A stretch of 64,000 bases of DNA from Pristiophorus japonicus (Eukaryota): NCBI RefSeq assembly GCF_044704955.1, contig NC_091995.1:49662001-49726000 (forward strand), written 5' to 3'. Below are positions 37,106 to 49,919 of this stretch, one piece after another. Position numbers and translations under genes: made by a program. Every line of letters starts with the position of its first letter. Within the stretch, counting starts at the first letter, position 1. The notes under the pieces are model-generated. The model saw only the letters and a program-made list of their open reading frames with translations, was not told the DNA's origin and did not search any database.

Positions 37106-40100
37106 GGTATGTCTTTAGGTGCTCTGACAATGATTCCACGAGACAATGTGTTGTATTTGAACTGTAGTGACCTTAGTCCTTTAATGATAACTCCAGAATG
37201 AGGATCACACATGGTGGCCTGCCTTTTATACTAGGCCAGGCAAGTACATTCGACTGGTGAGATACATTTTTGATGCGTACTGGGAATCGGTACGGGTGTC
37301 AGCACAAGTGTGTAAGGACAAGCTAGTTCTAGAATTGCTGGATGGTGTCCAGGTAGTCTGGTGGCGGCGCGGTGCCCAGTGCTGGCAGTGGGAACCCGAT
37401 TGGCTCAAGTTTCCTGCTCTCGGGGCTTTCGTCGTTGATCCTAGCGTCGGGCAGGTTCACAGATGCCTGTGACCTTCCTGTCCTTTCCTGGGTCACTGCT
37501 GCTCCCTGAGGAGCCGGTGTCTAGCAGTGCACAGGGAACTGCTGACTCGCTTGCCAGTCGAATGTACTTGCCTCACAACTGAACCACCAATGTAATGGTG
37601 TTAATGCAAATCTTTTTTCTGGACTTGAATGTATTTGAATGTAATGAGTCTCCAGCATAATCTATATGTGGCGGGGGTGGGGGGGGAGAGAGAATGAAGT
37701 GGTCATGGACACACAACGAAACACCAACCACTCACCCAAGATGGAAACGACCCGTCAAAGGTCAACCAGATAGAGCCAAACCCGAGCACAGTCAATGCAG
37801 AGGCGATTTGCACTAAAGGCTTGGGAGAGAGTGATGTCATATATCCTGCATGGTTACTGCTTGTACTATTACAAGGTGTGCCACCAAAGGGCACTGCAGT
37901 GGGAGACTTGCAGGTTAACTGTACAGGTCTTTGATTTGGGATCCTGGTTGGTCCCGGTCCCATTTGGGAGAACTGTTGCGGGTGACCCTTCGTTTCCGGC
38001 TATGGCTTGGGGGTGATGGGGTCTGGGGGCTGCGCCTTGGCACAGTTTGCTCTTTCAGGCTCATGGCGGTTGATGCCATCAGGTGCCTGAGAGGTGGAGC
38101 CGATCAGGGGCAGGGTATCGATACCGGTGCCGTTGCCCTCCTGAGATCGCTTGCTCTGCAATTCGTATGTATTGGCTGCTTGAGCCACACTCCATGGTGC
38201 ATAACTCTGGTCCCAGGGACGCAGGCTACTAAATTGGATAGCTCGCTGGACCTGTGTGCTCCCGATGGGTGTCTGCCCGCTGCATTGACTGTATGCAGTT
38301 GAAATCCTACATCGCGCAACGTTTCATTACTCATGTAAATAACCTGTAGCTCCGATCATGATCGCGCGCCTTTTCTTTGCTTATTGCATGTACACAACGC
38401 TGATCATCAATTACACATCTTACATCTAACTCACAGTTGCTCTTACATTGATTGAAAATGTGGAACTGTCCCTTTGAGAGAGCCTTGCTTGCTTTACCCC
38501 AATCCTCTTCTCCGTTTGGTGCCACGTCTTGCTCCATCAGCGCTGCACCTCGTGGTCTGGCCGCCGCCATCTTTTTCTTCAGCGCCTCACCTTGTGGTTT
38601 GGGCGCCATCTTTCCACCATCCACGATGTCGACCGCGGTGATCCTCTTCTCCCCGGGTTCTGCCACCGAAGCTGGGAAGTCGCCTTTGGATCTGATTTTC
38701 TTCCTTCGGAGTTCTGCCACCGGAGCCTGGAAGGTACGTTCGGTTGGTCTCAGCTGGATCATCTCCACGCAGTCGCGCTGAGTGGTCTGTGCCTCTGGTG
38801 CTGTGCTGGTCTGCTCTCTGCTGCCGGGTCCACCCTCAGGTGAGGGCTTGCTTTACCTCTGAGCGCGGAGGACGTCGATCGCTGGAGGGATGAAGTCTTC
38901 CCAACTCCAATGGATCTTCTCCATCCACCTTCTTCTTAGTAGCATTGGTCCATCACCTGCAACAATCCACAGAGGTAACCTGTGCACCGTGCCATCATGG
39001 AGTACCTTTACATCTGCACTACCAACGACTGGGATAAGTTCATCAGTGTAGGTGCGCAGCTTTGCCTGAACCGGGACCAACTTGGGTCATTCAACTTGAT
39101 TGTCCCATAGCCTCTCAAAGGCTTCTTGATTCATTACTGACTGCCTCGCCTCTGTGTCCACTTCCATGAAGACTGGAACGCCATTTATCTCGACTTCCAT
39201 TCTCAACAGGGAACACTCGGTGATGCAGGTAAACATGCTACATATCTCATCGTGGGGCTGAGCTGCCTCTCTGCCTATCGATTCATAATTGCGCTGGATT
39301 CATGGCCATCTGCAGACTCTTCATCAACACAGTGAGTCATATTTCTTTTACACATTCGCTGGAGATGGCCCTTTGTGCTGCAGCCTTTAAAGCGGCACTG
39401 GTGAGCCCTGTGATTCCCTCCGCAACGGCAGCATGGAACTACTCGATTAGCCCCCGTCGGCAGATTTTGAGTTAAGGGATTCGGGGGCCTATTCTCTCTT
39501 CCCAGAGAAGGTTCACGTTCTACAGTCCAGCCTCTAAAAGGCGCCACTCTGTGCACAGTACGATGAGTCATCTGCCTAGAGCCACAGGTCGAGGTCATGA
39601 ATGCCTGGCTCACGGAGATGGCCTTCTGCAGTGTGACTGTGCTGTCCGGAGACAGTAGCTTATGAAGAAGGCCCTCATGGCCGATTCCAATGACAAAGAT
39701 ATCCCACAGCGCTTCAGTGAGGTGGTTACCGAAATCACACGGTGCCGCCAGCCTCCTGAGGTCTGCAGCATATTTCGAGATTTCCTGGCCTTCGGGCCGT
39801 CGGTGTGTATAGAACCAGTGTCTGGCTGTGAGGATGCTCTTTTTGGGTTTCAGTTGCTCTTGGATCAGCGTTACAAGCTCCTCGTACGTCTTGGTCGTTG
39901 TCTTTGCTGGTGCCAGCAAGTCCCTGACGAGGCCGTAGACAGTGGGCCCACAACTGGTTAGCAGAATAGCTCTGCGCTTATCAGTCAGTGTGGCCTGATT
40001 GTCGCCTGCCAGGTTGTTTGCTGTGAAGAAGTGGTCACGCCTCTCCACAAAGGCGACCCAATCATCACCATCAGCGAACTGCTGCAATGTACCAAGGGTA

Positions 40101-40371
40101 GCCATTTTCGCGTGAAGTTCCGTAATCTCGTCGCCAATTGTTATGTCTTTTGATGCTCTGACAATGACTCCACGAGGTAATGTGTTGTACTTGAACTGTA
40201 GTGACCTTTGTCCTTTAATGATAACTCCAGAGTGAGGATCACACCTGGTGGCCTGCCTTTTATACTAGGCCAGGCACACCTGTACAGGTAACCTGCAAGT
40301 CTCCCACTGCTGTGCCTTCTGGTGGCACATCTTGTAATAATACAAGCAGTAACCATGTAGGATACATGACA
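37106..40371 (-). mobile_element. Non-autonomous Gypsy-type LTR element C (Gag-PR, no RT/IN) with internal inversion
   Basis: 5' LTR 40139-40371; 3' LTR split into 37106-37242 and an inverted 37835-37928; PBS TGGCGACGAG; near-TSD TCTGG/TCAGG. Gag ORF 39275-40105 with CCRCGGNHRAHQC; protease MEVDTEARQS. Confidence 0.88.
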
Positions 40372-43300
40372 TCAGGCAATTTGGAAGATTACAACCAATG
40401 CATCCACTGTCTCTGCAGTCATTTATTTTAAGACCCTAGGATGCAGGCCATCAGATCCAGGGGACATATTAGCCTTGTCCCATTAGTTTGCCTAGTATTT
40501 TTTCTGTGAAGACCGATACAAAATATTTATTCAAAGTCTCTGCTATTTCCCTGTTTCCCATTATTAAATCTACAGTCTCATCCTCTAAGGAACCAACACT
40601 TCATAAGCATGGAAAGTAGTTGCCCATTAGATCCAGATAACAATTGCTCAAAGATGCTGGAAAATGTTATGCCAGGAAGTCTCGTTTAAGGGAAATGGTT
40701 GTGAGGTAAATAATTGCAAATTGTTTACATATTATGTCTGTTTCCAGAGGATTTGGGAAATGAATATGTCATTTTGACATTTTTTTTTGTTGTAATCAAA
40801 ATATGATGTATAAAGGACCATGGTTTTCAACAGTTTGTGTATGCTCGAAAGATACAGAAACAGGTAAAGTCACTCCCTGTATACAGATACCTTTACTGTG
40901 TAGAAATAAAGTTTGTTCCGTATACGAAGTTTCGTGCTCACTCGAAACGTGTTGTTGTGAAGCAGAGAAGAAAGGAGGTTGCTTAACATTTGCTGCCTTG
41001 AACTCGTCCAACTAATGCACGGATGGTGAGTATGATTTAACATCGATAGTTGGTATAACTAGCTTGTGGGAATCGCGATCTAGGGAATAGGATGGAATCA
41101 GACAAAATAGATGATTTCTCGACCTCATCGGTCCCTTTGAAAATTTCTAGGATTAACAGTAAGGGAGGTCTTACATTTTTTTCCAAGGAAATTTTAAATG
41201 GGAGCTGGGAGGAGATTGAGCAGGCACTGGAGAATGTGTGTCTGCAGAGATGAAACGAGAGTAGACGGAAAATGTTCCTGTTTCAGCCAGAAACAAAATG
41301 AAAGGAGGCAGAGAATATACCTATTGCCAAGAAAGCATGCTCAGACACAGGCTTAAAAATAGGGTCTTGGGCACAAATAGATGCTTAAAGAGGAGTTTGA
41401 TGCAGTCAGGCTCCATGCTGTGTTATCTCCTAATTCCTGTCTGGCTCGTCATGATGCTGTGGTGCAAATATGTGATGAGAGATTGGAATTGGAAGATGAA
41501 GTACGCAGCTTAGAATCTGAGGTGGACAGACTACAGTTAGAAAAGATGCTGGAAAAAGTGTGCGTACAGAACCAGAAACAAATACAGAAACTGGCACAGA
41601 AGCAGAAACAAAGCCTTGGACAATGAACGAAGAGCCTGAGGTGTTGCTCATTCATTCAGTGATGGGAAACTGATACAGAAACATTTAGAGATGAAAGGAA
41701 TGGGAGAAGCTTGCTCAGAAGCACCTTCTGCAGGAATGGGCTGTCTCAGAACTGATGAGCTGCTCAGTGAAAAGCTAAAATGTGGGAGTTATAAGTATGG
41801 TCTAAAGGGACGTGGAATGGAAGTTGGAATGTCGAAAATGTTTAGAGAGGCAGATATAGCATTTCCAAAGCGTGAACTGTGAAAAGGATTGTGACTCTCG
41901 ACTGAATATCCAACATTACCATCACTCTTTGCTGTATGTCGTTACACACATTCTATTAACGGGAGAAAATTGCTAAGAACTGTGCAGGAGATAACCGGTT
42001 TGATTCAGGACACAGATTGTGAGCTTGAAATTTTGAATCAGTACAGAATGGGATTCAGTAGAAAATATCAGAAATTGAAAATTAGTTTCAGGGAAAAAGA
42101 TAAACAGTTTATGATGGAATGAAGGAGAAAAGGGAAGCTCATGACTATTTTTTTCTGTTCTACAGAGCATTTTTTTGTTTTCAGTGTGAATTTTAATGTC
42201 TCTTTACAAAGCATGTGCAAATGTTACTGTGGCACCTCCCCCTTTTTCAAGCTGGAATGTGTGTTGAGTGGGAGAAATTCGTCTGAATTAAATTGGCGTT
42301 ATTTAGGTTAACTAACCTTTTAAATTGTGAAGAACAGCCTTTAATTTTGGCCAAGGTGAAGTTCTGGTTATTGTAAATTGTGTAAAAGCCTCTGGTTCCA
42401 GTCATGAGGCAAATTACATCAATAATTAGCATTTTTATTTTAAAATTTCTGACCACTTTCTGCACTGAATGTTTTCAGATGGTTGTTCATTCATCTTAGT
42501 GACACTGGAATGTGTGACGAGGGGACGGAGCGGGGTGGGGAATGCTACTGCTGTGTGTATGATAATGACGTCTGATATTTTTCACCTGCGGAATTCAATT
42601 GATCAGGATTTTCGTAAAGGCACAAAGAGTTTGCAAAAGTAATTTTTTAAATCAAATTTGGCAAAGGTTTTTAAAATATACATGCAAGCTGAGTGACACA
42701 AGCTGACATTGGTTGATGATGTCTGGGGTTGTCTTGTTTTGCAATGCAAAAAAAAGTTAACACTTTTCACAAGCAGCTGTGTGTTTTTTTAATACTTTCT
42801 GGCATCATATTAACTCTGTTTTAATTCACTATGCAACAACTTGTGCATGATTGACTGGCTGTACATATTTTGGGCATTTTGAAATTTTACGTTTTTAATT
42901 TGAATGGCTGTTTCCCCATACTGACAGGAGGGCTTCAGAAATTGACAAAGGACAAATTAACCCTTTCAGCTGTCAGGAACCGCAATGGTTTTCTGTGTTT
43001 TCATTTAAGCAGAGGACCATATGATGGTGCAAGATTACCAGGACCTCCCTTTACCTCTCAGAAAACAAGACTGGATGAGGTATCTGTTTTGCAAATCCTT
43101 TGAAAACAGACTATCTATGTAAACAGTTTGCAATGGTTAACCTCAGAACCATTTCCCCTACTCGAGACTTCCTGACTTAACATACATTATCATCTTTGAA
43201 GTTAAAGCTGTGCCGACTGCTATCTGTATCGAACCGATTGCTACACCTGTTTTATTACCCTTAATCTCATTTTACATGTTATAACCTGAACTTATTCCCT

Positions 43301-43539
43301 TACAAAAGCAATTTCCATCTCATAAAACAGCAATACATTCTTCAAAATCATCCTGTTTATATCCTGGAAAGCCTGGAAGCACATTAATTAAGATACAAAG
43401 AAGTTTGATTAACCCTTAACTCCCCAAGATTTCCAACATGCAACCCTCAAGGATGCCCAACATATCCACCACTTTTAATTTCTTCTAATGCGTGCTCTTA
43501 TTGAAGTAGACTTTTTATACAGTATAATTCTAGTCCATA

Positions 43540-45832
43540 GGTGCTGAATTATGTTTTAAACCGACACCCACCATTCATGATTTCCAGTGGTAGATGTTCC
43601 TTTTTGCACTTCTCCCCTCTCATATACTCTGTCATCCAAAATCCCGATGCTAACACTTCTTTACTCTATAACTTTCCTACTCTCCTGCTGCCGTCCCAGA
43701 CTGGACTCCCTTTTAGACAAGTCTGCAGCTTCCCTCTGTGCCTCTCTTGGCATCCTCCGAAGGGCCCATCGTGGCACTCGTCGCTTTCTCCTCACAAGCA
43801 GCAACCCCAACTGTCCCATCCGACCTTACCGCCCAGCTTCCCCGCGGGGGGCTAACCTTGCAAATCTCCACCTCGTCCAACTCATCCCTCCAAGCACTGA
43901 CCATGTGTATGTTGGCAGTAGATCAGCCATCACGGATCCTCTCAAAATCTCCTTGTAGAATGTCCATTCACTTGCAAACAAGGCCCTTGCCTTCCATGAC
44001 CTTATCGTGGATGACTGCATCGGCATCATGGCACTAACGGAAACTTGACTGAGGGATAATGACACTTTACCCTAATTGAAGCCTCCCCTCCCGGCTATAC
44101 CTTCCACCACTTGCCCTGCCCAGACCGCCGTGGTGGCGGTATAGCCCTCATCACCAAATCATACCTTGGTCTGTCCCCCAACTCCTCAGCACTTTCTCAT
44201 CTTTTGAATATCTCGCCTCATTCCAATCATCTCACCTCTCATTCAAAATTCTCATTCTCTACTGCCCACCCAAATATGATAACATTTTTTTATCACAGAT
44301 ATATCCTCACTGCTTTCCTCCCTCAGCCTCTGCACCGAGCAACTTCTCATCCTCGGTGACTTCAACATCCATCTCAATTCATCATGCTCTCCTCTGAGTT
44401 CATTACTCTCCTGCCCTCCTTTAATCTCTCCCTCCATGTAAATTCCTCAGCCCATATTCACGGCCACCCCCTTGATCTTGCAATCTCTGGTGGCCTTGCT
44501 ATTCCAACCGTATCAATTAAAGATAAAGACATCTCTGACCATTTCCTTATATTGTCCTCGACCCACGTTCCCCTTCCTCAATCCAAACCTACTTCCTTCT
44601 GCATCCGCGCCTGGAAAAAACTCTCTCCAAATTCTCTTACAACTGCACTTATCAACTCGAAACTGTCCAACCGTTGGCCCTCTTTTAACAATGACATTTC
44701 TGCAGCCACCGATCTGCTCAGCGACACCCTCACCACCACCTTTGATGCCCTAGTCCCTATTAAAGAGATTACTCTCTCCCACACTGGCCATTCCCCAGGT
44801 ACAGCCCTCATCTTCGCTTGCTCAAGTCAAAAGGGCGTAGACTTGAACAGATGTGGTGGACAACTGGTTTAGCCATTCATTGCCAGATCTGACTCAAACA
44901 CATAAAACATTATCGGTTCCTACTCTTGTCTACAAAAACTGCTCACGATTCAAGGATCATTCTGGAATGCAAAAATAACCCCAGGCTACGATTCTCTACT
45001 GCTAACCGTCTCCTTAAACTCCTCTCCCCTGTCTCCACCACACTAACCACCAACAACAAGTGTGAAGAGTTCATGGACTTCTTTGTCTCAAAGACTGAGA
45101 CCATCCGAACAGCTGCCTCTGCGAGTTCCCTTCCTTCACCTCGCCCTCCAGGCCAAACTTCATCTGAGGCTCCCACCAACCCTAGCTCGAAACTCACATC
45201 TTTCTCTAGTTTCTCTTTGATCTCCCCTCTTGATCTCTGCAAGCTCATCTTATCCATGAGACCCATTTCCTGCTCCCTTGACCCTAATCCCACTAAACTG
45301 CTGACCACCCAACTTCCTTTTTTGACTCCCATATTAGCCGACATTGTTAACGGTTCTCTCTCCTCAGGTATTGTTCCCGTCTCCTTCAAATCTGCTGTTA
45401 TCATCCCTCTCCTTAAAAAAAAACCCTTGACCCCACTTTGCTTGCTACCTGTCACCCCATCTCCAACCTCCCTTTCCTGTCCAAAATACTTGAACGTGTT
45501 GTTGCCTCCCAAATCCGTGACTATCTTTCCATAAATTCAATGTTTGAATCTCTTCAATCTGGTTTTCACCCCTGCCACATTACCAAAATGGCTCTCATCA
45601 AAGTCACAACTGACATCCTTTGTGACTGTGACAAAGGTAAGCTATCCCTCCTCGTCCTTCTTGACCTGTCTGCAGCCTTTGACACAGTTGACCACTCCAC
45701 CCTCCTCCAATACCTCTCCACCACCGTCCAGCTCGGTGGGACTGCACTCGCCTGGTTGCATTCTTATCTATCTAATCGTAGCCAGAAAATCACCTGCTAT
45801 GGCTTCTCTTCCCACTCCCGCATTGTTACCTC
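43540..45832 (+). mobile_element. L2-clade LINE (endonuclease plus RT), decayed and 3'-truncated
   Basis: NVHSLANK..ALTET, DRRGGGIALI, LILGDFNIH, GHPLDLAI, SDHF, PISNLPFLSKILERVV, LLDLSAAFDTVDH. Confidence 0.88.
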
Positions 45833-46142
45833 TGGCAGATGGGCCGACCCTTCCTAAATTGTTCCCACGCCGGGAGCGGCGGAAACTGGTTTCTGTACCG
45901 GCCCTGTTGCCACCCCCTCGGGCATGCGCCGACCCCCTTCTGACTGACTGGTAAAGTGTGGCCACCAGTTCCAGTTGGCAACAGGTCTTCTTCCAGCAAG
46001 CTACAAATATCTGCCATGATCTGACGCAATACCCTGACCCCCCCTGAGGCATTCGACTTCGGTCATTTCAATGAAGCTGATCCTCTGCCAATATACACTG
46101 TGTTGTGGGCATTGCCTCCTACGAGCTGCACCTCTGTGCTCA

Positions 46143-46990
46143 TAACATAAATAGGAGCAAGTGTAGGCTGCTTGGACCCTCGAGCCTGCTCCGCCTTTCA
46201 ATAAGATCATATCTGATCTGATCGTGGACTCAGCTCCACTTCCCTGCCCGCTCCCCAAAACCCTTTATTCCCTTATCGCTCAAAAATCTGTCTATCTCCG
46301 CCTTAAATATATTCAATGACCCAGCCTCCACAGCTCTTTGGGGCAGAGAATTCCATAGAGTTGCAACCCTCTGAGAGAAGAAATCCCTCCTCATCTCAGT
46401 TTTAAATGGGCGGCCCCTTATTCTGAGACTATGCCCCCTAGTTTTAGTTTCCCCTATGAATCGAAATATCCTCTTTGCATCCACCTTGTCGAGCCGCCTC
46501 ATTATCTTATAAGTTTCAATAGATCACCTCTTATTCTTCTGAACTCCAATGTAAATAGATCCAACCAACTCGACCTATCTTCATAAGTCAGCACTCTCAT
46601 CTCCGGAATCAACCTAGTGAACCTTCTCTGAACAGCCTCCAATGCAAGTATATCCTTCCTTAAATACGGAGACCAAAACTGTACGCAGTACTCCAGGTGT
46701 GGCCTCACCAATACCCTGTACAGTTGGAGCAAGACTTCCCTGCCTCTATACTCTATCCCCTTTGCAATAAAGGCCCGCATTCCATTTGCCTTCCTGATCA
46801 CTTGCTGTACCTGCATACTAGTCTTTTGTGTTTCATGCACAAGGACCCCCAGGTCCCTCTGTACTGCAGCACTTTGCAACTTTTCTCCATTTACATTATA
46901 ATTTGCTTTGCTTTTATTTATGCCAAAGTGGATAATCTCACATTTTACCACATTATACTCTATCTGCCAAATATTTGTCCACTCACTTCG
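46143..46990 (-). mobile_element. CR1 3' fragment (contains an empty TTCATGCACAAGGA site at 46832-46845)
   Basis: ORFs 46230-46951 give the CR1 C-terminus. Confidence 0.9.
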
Positions 46991-47774
46991 CCTGTTTCTC
47001 CTGTGGAGCTGTGAGGAGAAGGCTGCTGCTGGTCCTGCTGCTGTTGATCATCATGGTCCTTATCTGAGGTCCAAGGTGAAACAGCAGAAGTCACACCAAC
47101 ACAGAACTTATATATGACAGATGTAAAGTGGGATCAGATGCACAAATCTCCATCGTACTGAGGATGACCTCCAATGTAGTAAGTGTGAGCTGCATGTAGT
47201 GAGAGTAACCTCCACTGCAGAGAAAGTCAACTCTATAGTAATGAGGGTGATCCACAAAGTATTGGAAATCACCTCCAAATTTTTGGAAATCACCTGGAAA
47301 TTACTGAAAGCAAATTCTCAGAACAAGTGCTGTGAGCAAAAGCCTTTCACTTGGGCACGGAAGCAGGTGTGAGGTCTCAGTGCTTACCTCATTTTTGCCT
47401 GTCATTACGTCAGCCCCTTCAGTTGCCGCTGTGCTCTGGTGTTGTTTTCACTGGCGAGGTCCAGGAAGCCCAGGAAATTCATGCATCACAGTGAAAGTTG
47501 AAAACCTCTGTCTAAAAGCTATTAACCCACTCGTAATAGCTTCCCTTTGGTAACCTGCCTTTCCTGAGGGGGTTTCTCGCTCGCAGCTGAACGCCCTCGA
47601 GTGAAATGTGGAAGTCGGCAGGTTGGAGCCAGCTTCCACATTGTTACTTTCAGTGGATTTAACCTTCCAACTGTTCTTTGATGCTACTCCCCCCACCCCC
47701 ACCCCACAGAACGAGAAACTGAAACAGACAGAGTGACTGACACAGACACAGAGAAATAAAGAGAAAAAGACAGA

Positions 47775-49098
47775 GGGCCCAAATTTCCACAGGATAAAAA
47801 ACGGGCACCCCCCGTGCTGGGCTCCCGTTTTTCGCGCCTAAAACGGCGCCTAAAAAAAATCGGGATTCTGTAGCGCCCTGCAGCTCCTTGTCTGTTTGGC
47901 GCGGCGCCCAGGGGGGCGGAGCCTACACTCGCGCCGATTTTGTAAGTGGGAGGGGGGCGGGTACTATTTCAATTAGTTTTTTTCCTGCGGCAATGCTGCG
48001 TGTGCTCGTTGGAGCGTTCGCGCATGCTCAGTGTGAAAAATACATTGGCACTCGGCCATTTTTGTAGTTCTTTGTCGCTGTTTAATTTTTGAAATTTTTT
48101 TTAATAAAAGCATATTGCCATCAGCACATCAGCACTTGCAGCCTTCTCACTGTCTCCTTCCCCTCCCTCCCTTCCGCGGCGGCAAACCGCTGTCTCCTTC
48201 CCCTCCCTCCCCTCCGCGGCAACAAACCGCTGTCTCCTTCCCCTCCCACCCCTCCACGGCAACAAACCGCTGTCTCCTTCCCCTCCCTCCCCTCCGCGGC
48301 AACAAACTGCTGTCTCCTTCCCCTCCGCGGCGGCAAACCGCTGTCTCCTTCCCCTCCCTCCCCTCTGCGGGAAAGAACGGGCGCCTCCTCTCCCCTTCCC
48401 CCCCCCCCCCCCGCGGGCAGAATGGGCACCTTCCCCCCCCCCCCCCCCCCGCGGGCAGAACGGGCGCCTCCAACCCCCCACAGGAAAGAACGGGCGCCTC
48501 CTCTCCCCTCCCCCCCCCCCCCACGGGCAGAACGGGCGCCTCCTCCTCCACCCTACTCCCCCGCCCCCCCCCCCGCGGGAAGAACGGGCACCTCAGGCTG
48601 ACTGCAGAATTCTCTGTGCCTGAAGCACTTTCACACAGGTAGGAAGATGGTTTATTTAATCTTTTCTTTGCTTATAAATGTTTATTCAGGTTGGATTTAT
48701 TTGTATAATATTTGTAGGAGTATAAATAAGGATTTATTGTAGAATTTAATGACTTCCCTTCCGCCCCCGCCTCCCCCACCACCTCGTTCTGGACGCCTAA
48801 TTTGTAACCTGCGCCTGATTTTTTAATGTGTAGAACAGGTTTTTTCAGTTCTACAAAATCTTCACTGGCTCCATTCTACTTTAGTTTGGAGTACGTTTTC
48901 ACTGTGGAAACTTTGAAATCAGGCGTCAGTGGCCGGACACATCCCCTTTTGAAGAAAAAATTCTGTTCCAAAGTAGAACTGTTCTACCTGACTAGAACTG
49001 CAGAAAAAAAAATGTGGAGAATTGCGATTTCTAAGATAGTCCATTCTCCACCAGTTGCTCCTAAAAGTCAGGCGCAAATCATGTGGAAACTTGGGCCC
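47775..49098. mobile_element. PIF/Harbinger-type MITE, copy 1
   Basis: TIRs GGGCCCAAATTTCCACAGGAT / ATCATGTGGAAACTTGGGCCC; TSD AGA; internal ~42-bp tandem expansion at 48140-48600. Confidence 0.85.
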
Positions 49099-49919
49099 AG
49101 AGAGTGGGAGATCCAGAGGGAACAGGAGAGACATGGTAGGAAAAAGTAAGAGAAAGTGAGAGATGTTGGGTAAATTTTAACCCCAGAAATGGTCAGGTTG
49201 GGTGGGTAAGATGTTAAAACTTTAAAAATCTCAAACATGACACCAAACACCCCAGCCCCAACCCCTTTCTGGGTTTAATGGAGTTGGTGTGGCAGTGGTG
49301 GGCAGCCAACCTGTTCCCAGGAGGCGGGTCTCCATTTAAATATTTGTACTTGCCTTGTAGGTTTAATAATGGCCGCCTGGGTTTCCTAGGCCTCTGGAAA
49401 CCTGGCAGCTGAAGAGAGGCGAGGTCAGCTTCAGGGAGGAGGTGAGTGCCTTTACAGCACTGTTTGTGGGCCAGGAGGAGCAAGACTGCTTCCCCACGCC
49501 CCATCCCCCCACATCGCACTCTCCCCACATTAGACCCCGTCCTTTACAAAGACCCATGGGATCGATGCCCCCCGCCCCGCCCCCCGGGATTGAGGATCAG
49601 TCTTATCTAATCTTGCGGCCTGCCCGGGAGTGCTCCCCGTCCGACTGTGAGCCAAGCCTGTCCATCAGGCTGACATCTGGGTGGAGATACTGGTAAAGAC
49701 AAAAGGCGCACGCTATCGAGTAAATCTCCGCCTACGCAACCCACCCCTTTCAAGATCGGGACCATTATATCGATATGAGGTGTGAACATTGGAAGGGTGA
49801 GTCACGAACCAAGGTTTTCAATTGAGGTAAGGCTGACTTTTGAGGGATGAGGCAGGAATTAACCAATATAGACTGGGCAGAACTGTTAGTGTTACCCATT
49901 ACCAGTTCCTTCCTGGTCT

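Larger units (their letters stand above)
35936..40600 (-). mobile_element. CR1 RT fragment hosting a MITE (36036-36749) and LTR element C
   Basis: CR1 sequence resumes colinearly at 36750-37105 and 40372-40600. Confidence 0.8.

Noticed and set aside
47011-47075. Signal-peptide-like stretch RRRLLLVLLLLIIMVLI near a GT donor
   Set aside because: Starts at GTG, has an in-frame TGA at 47065 and no recognisable downstream exon; the CTG run may be simple repeat.
48089-48642. Overlapping 100-175-aa proline- or glycine-rich ORFs
   Set aside because: They lie in the tandem expansion inside a MITE.
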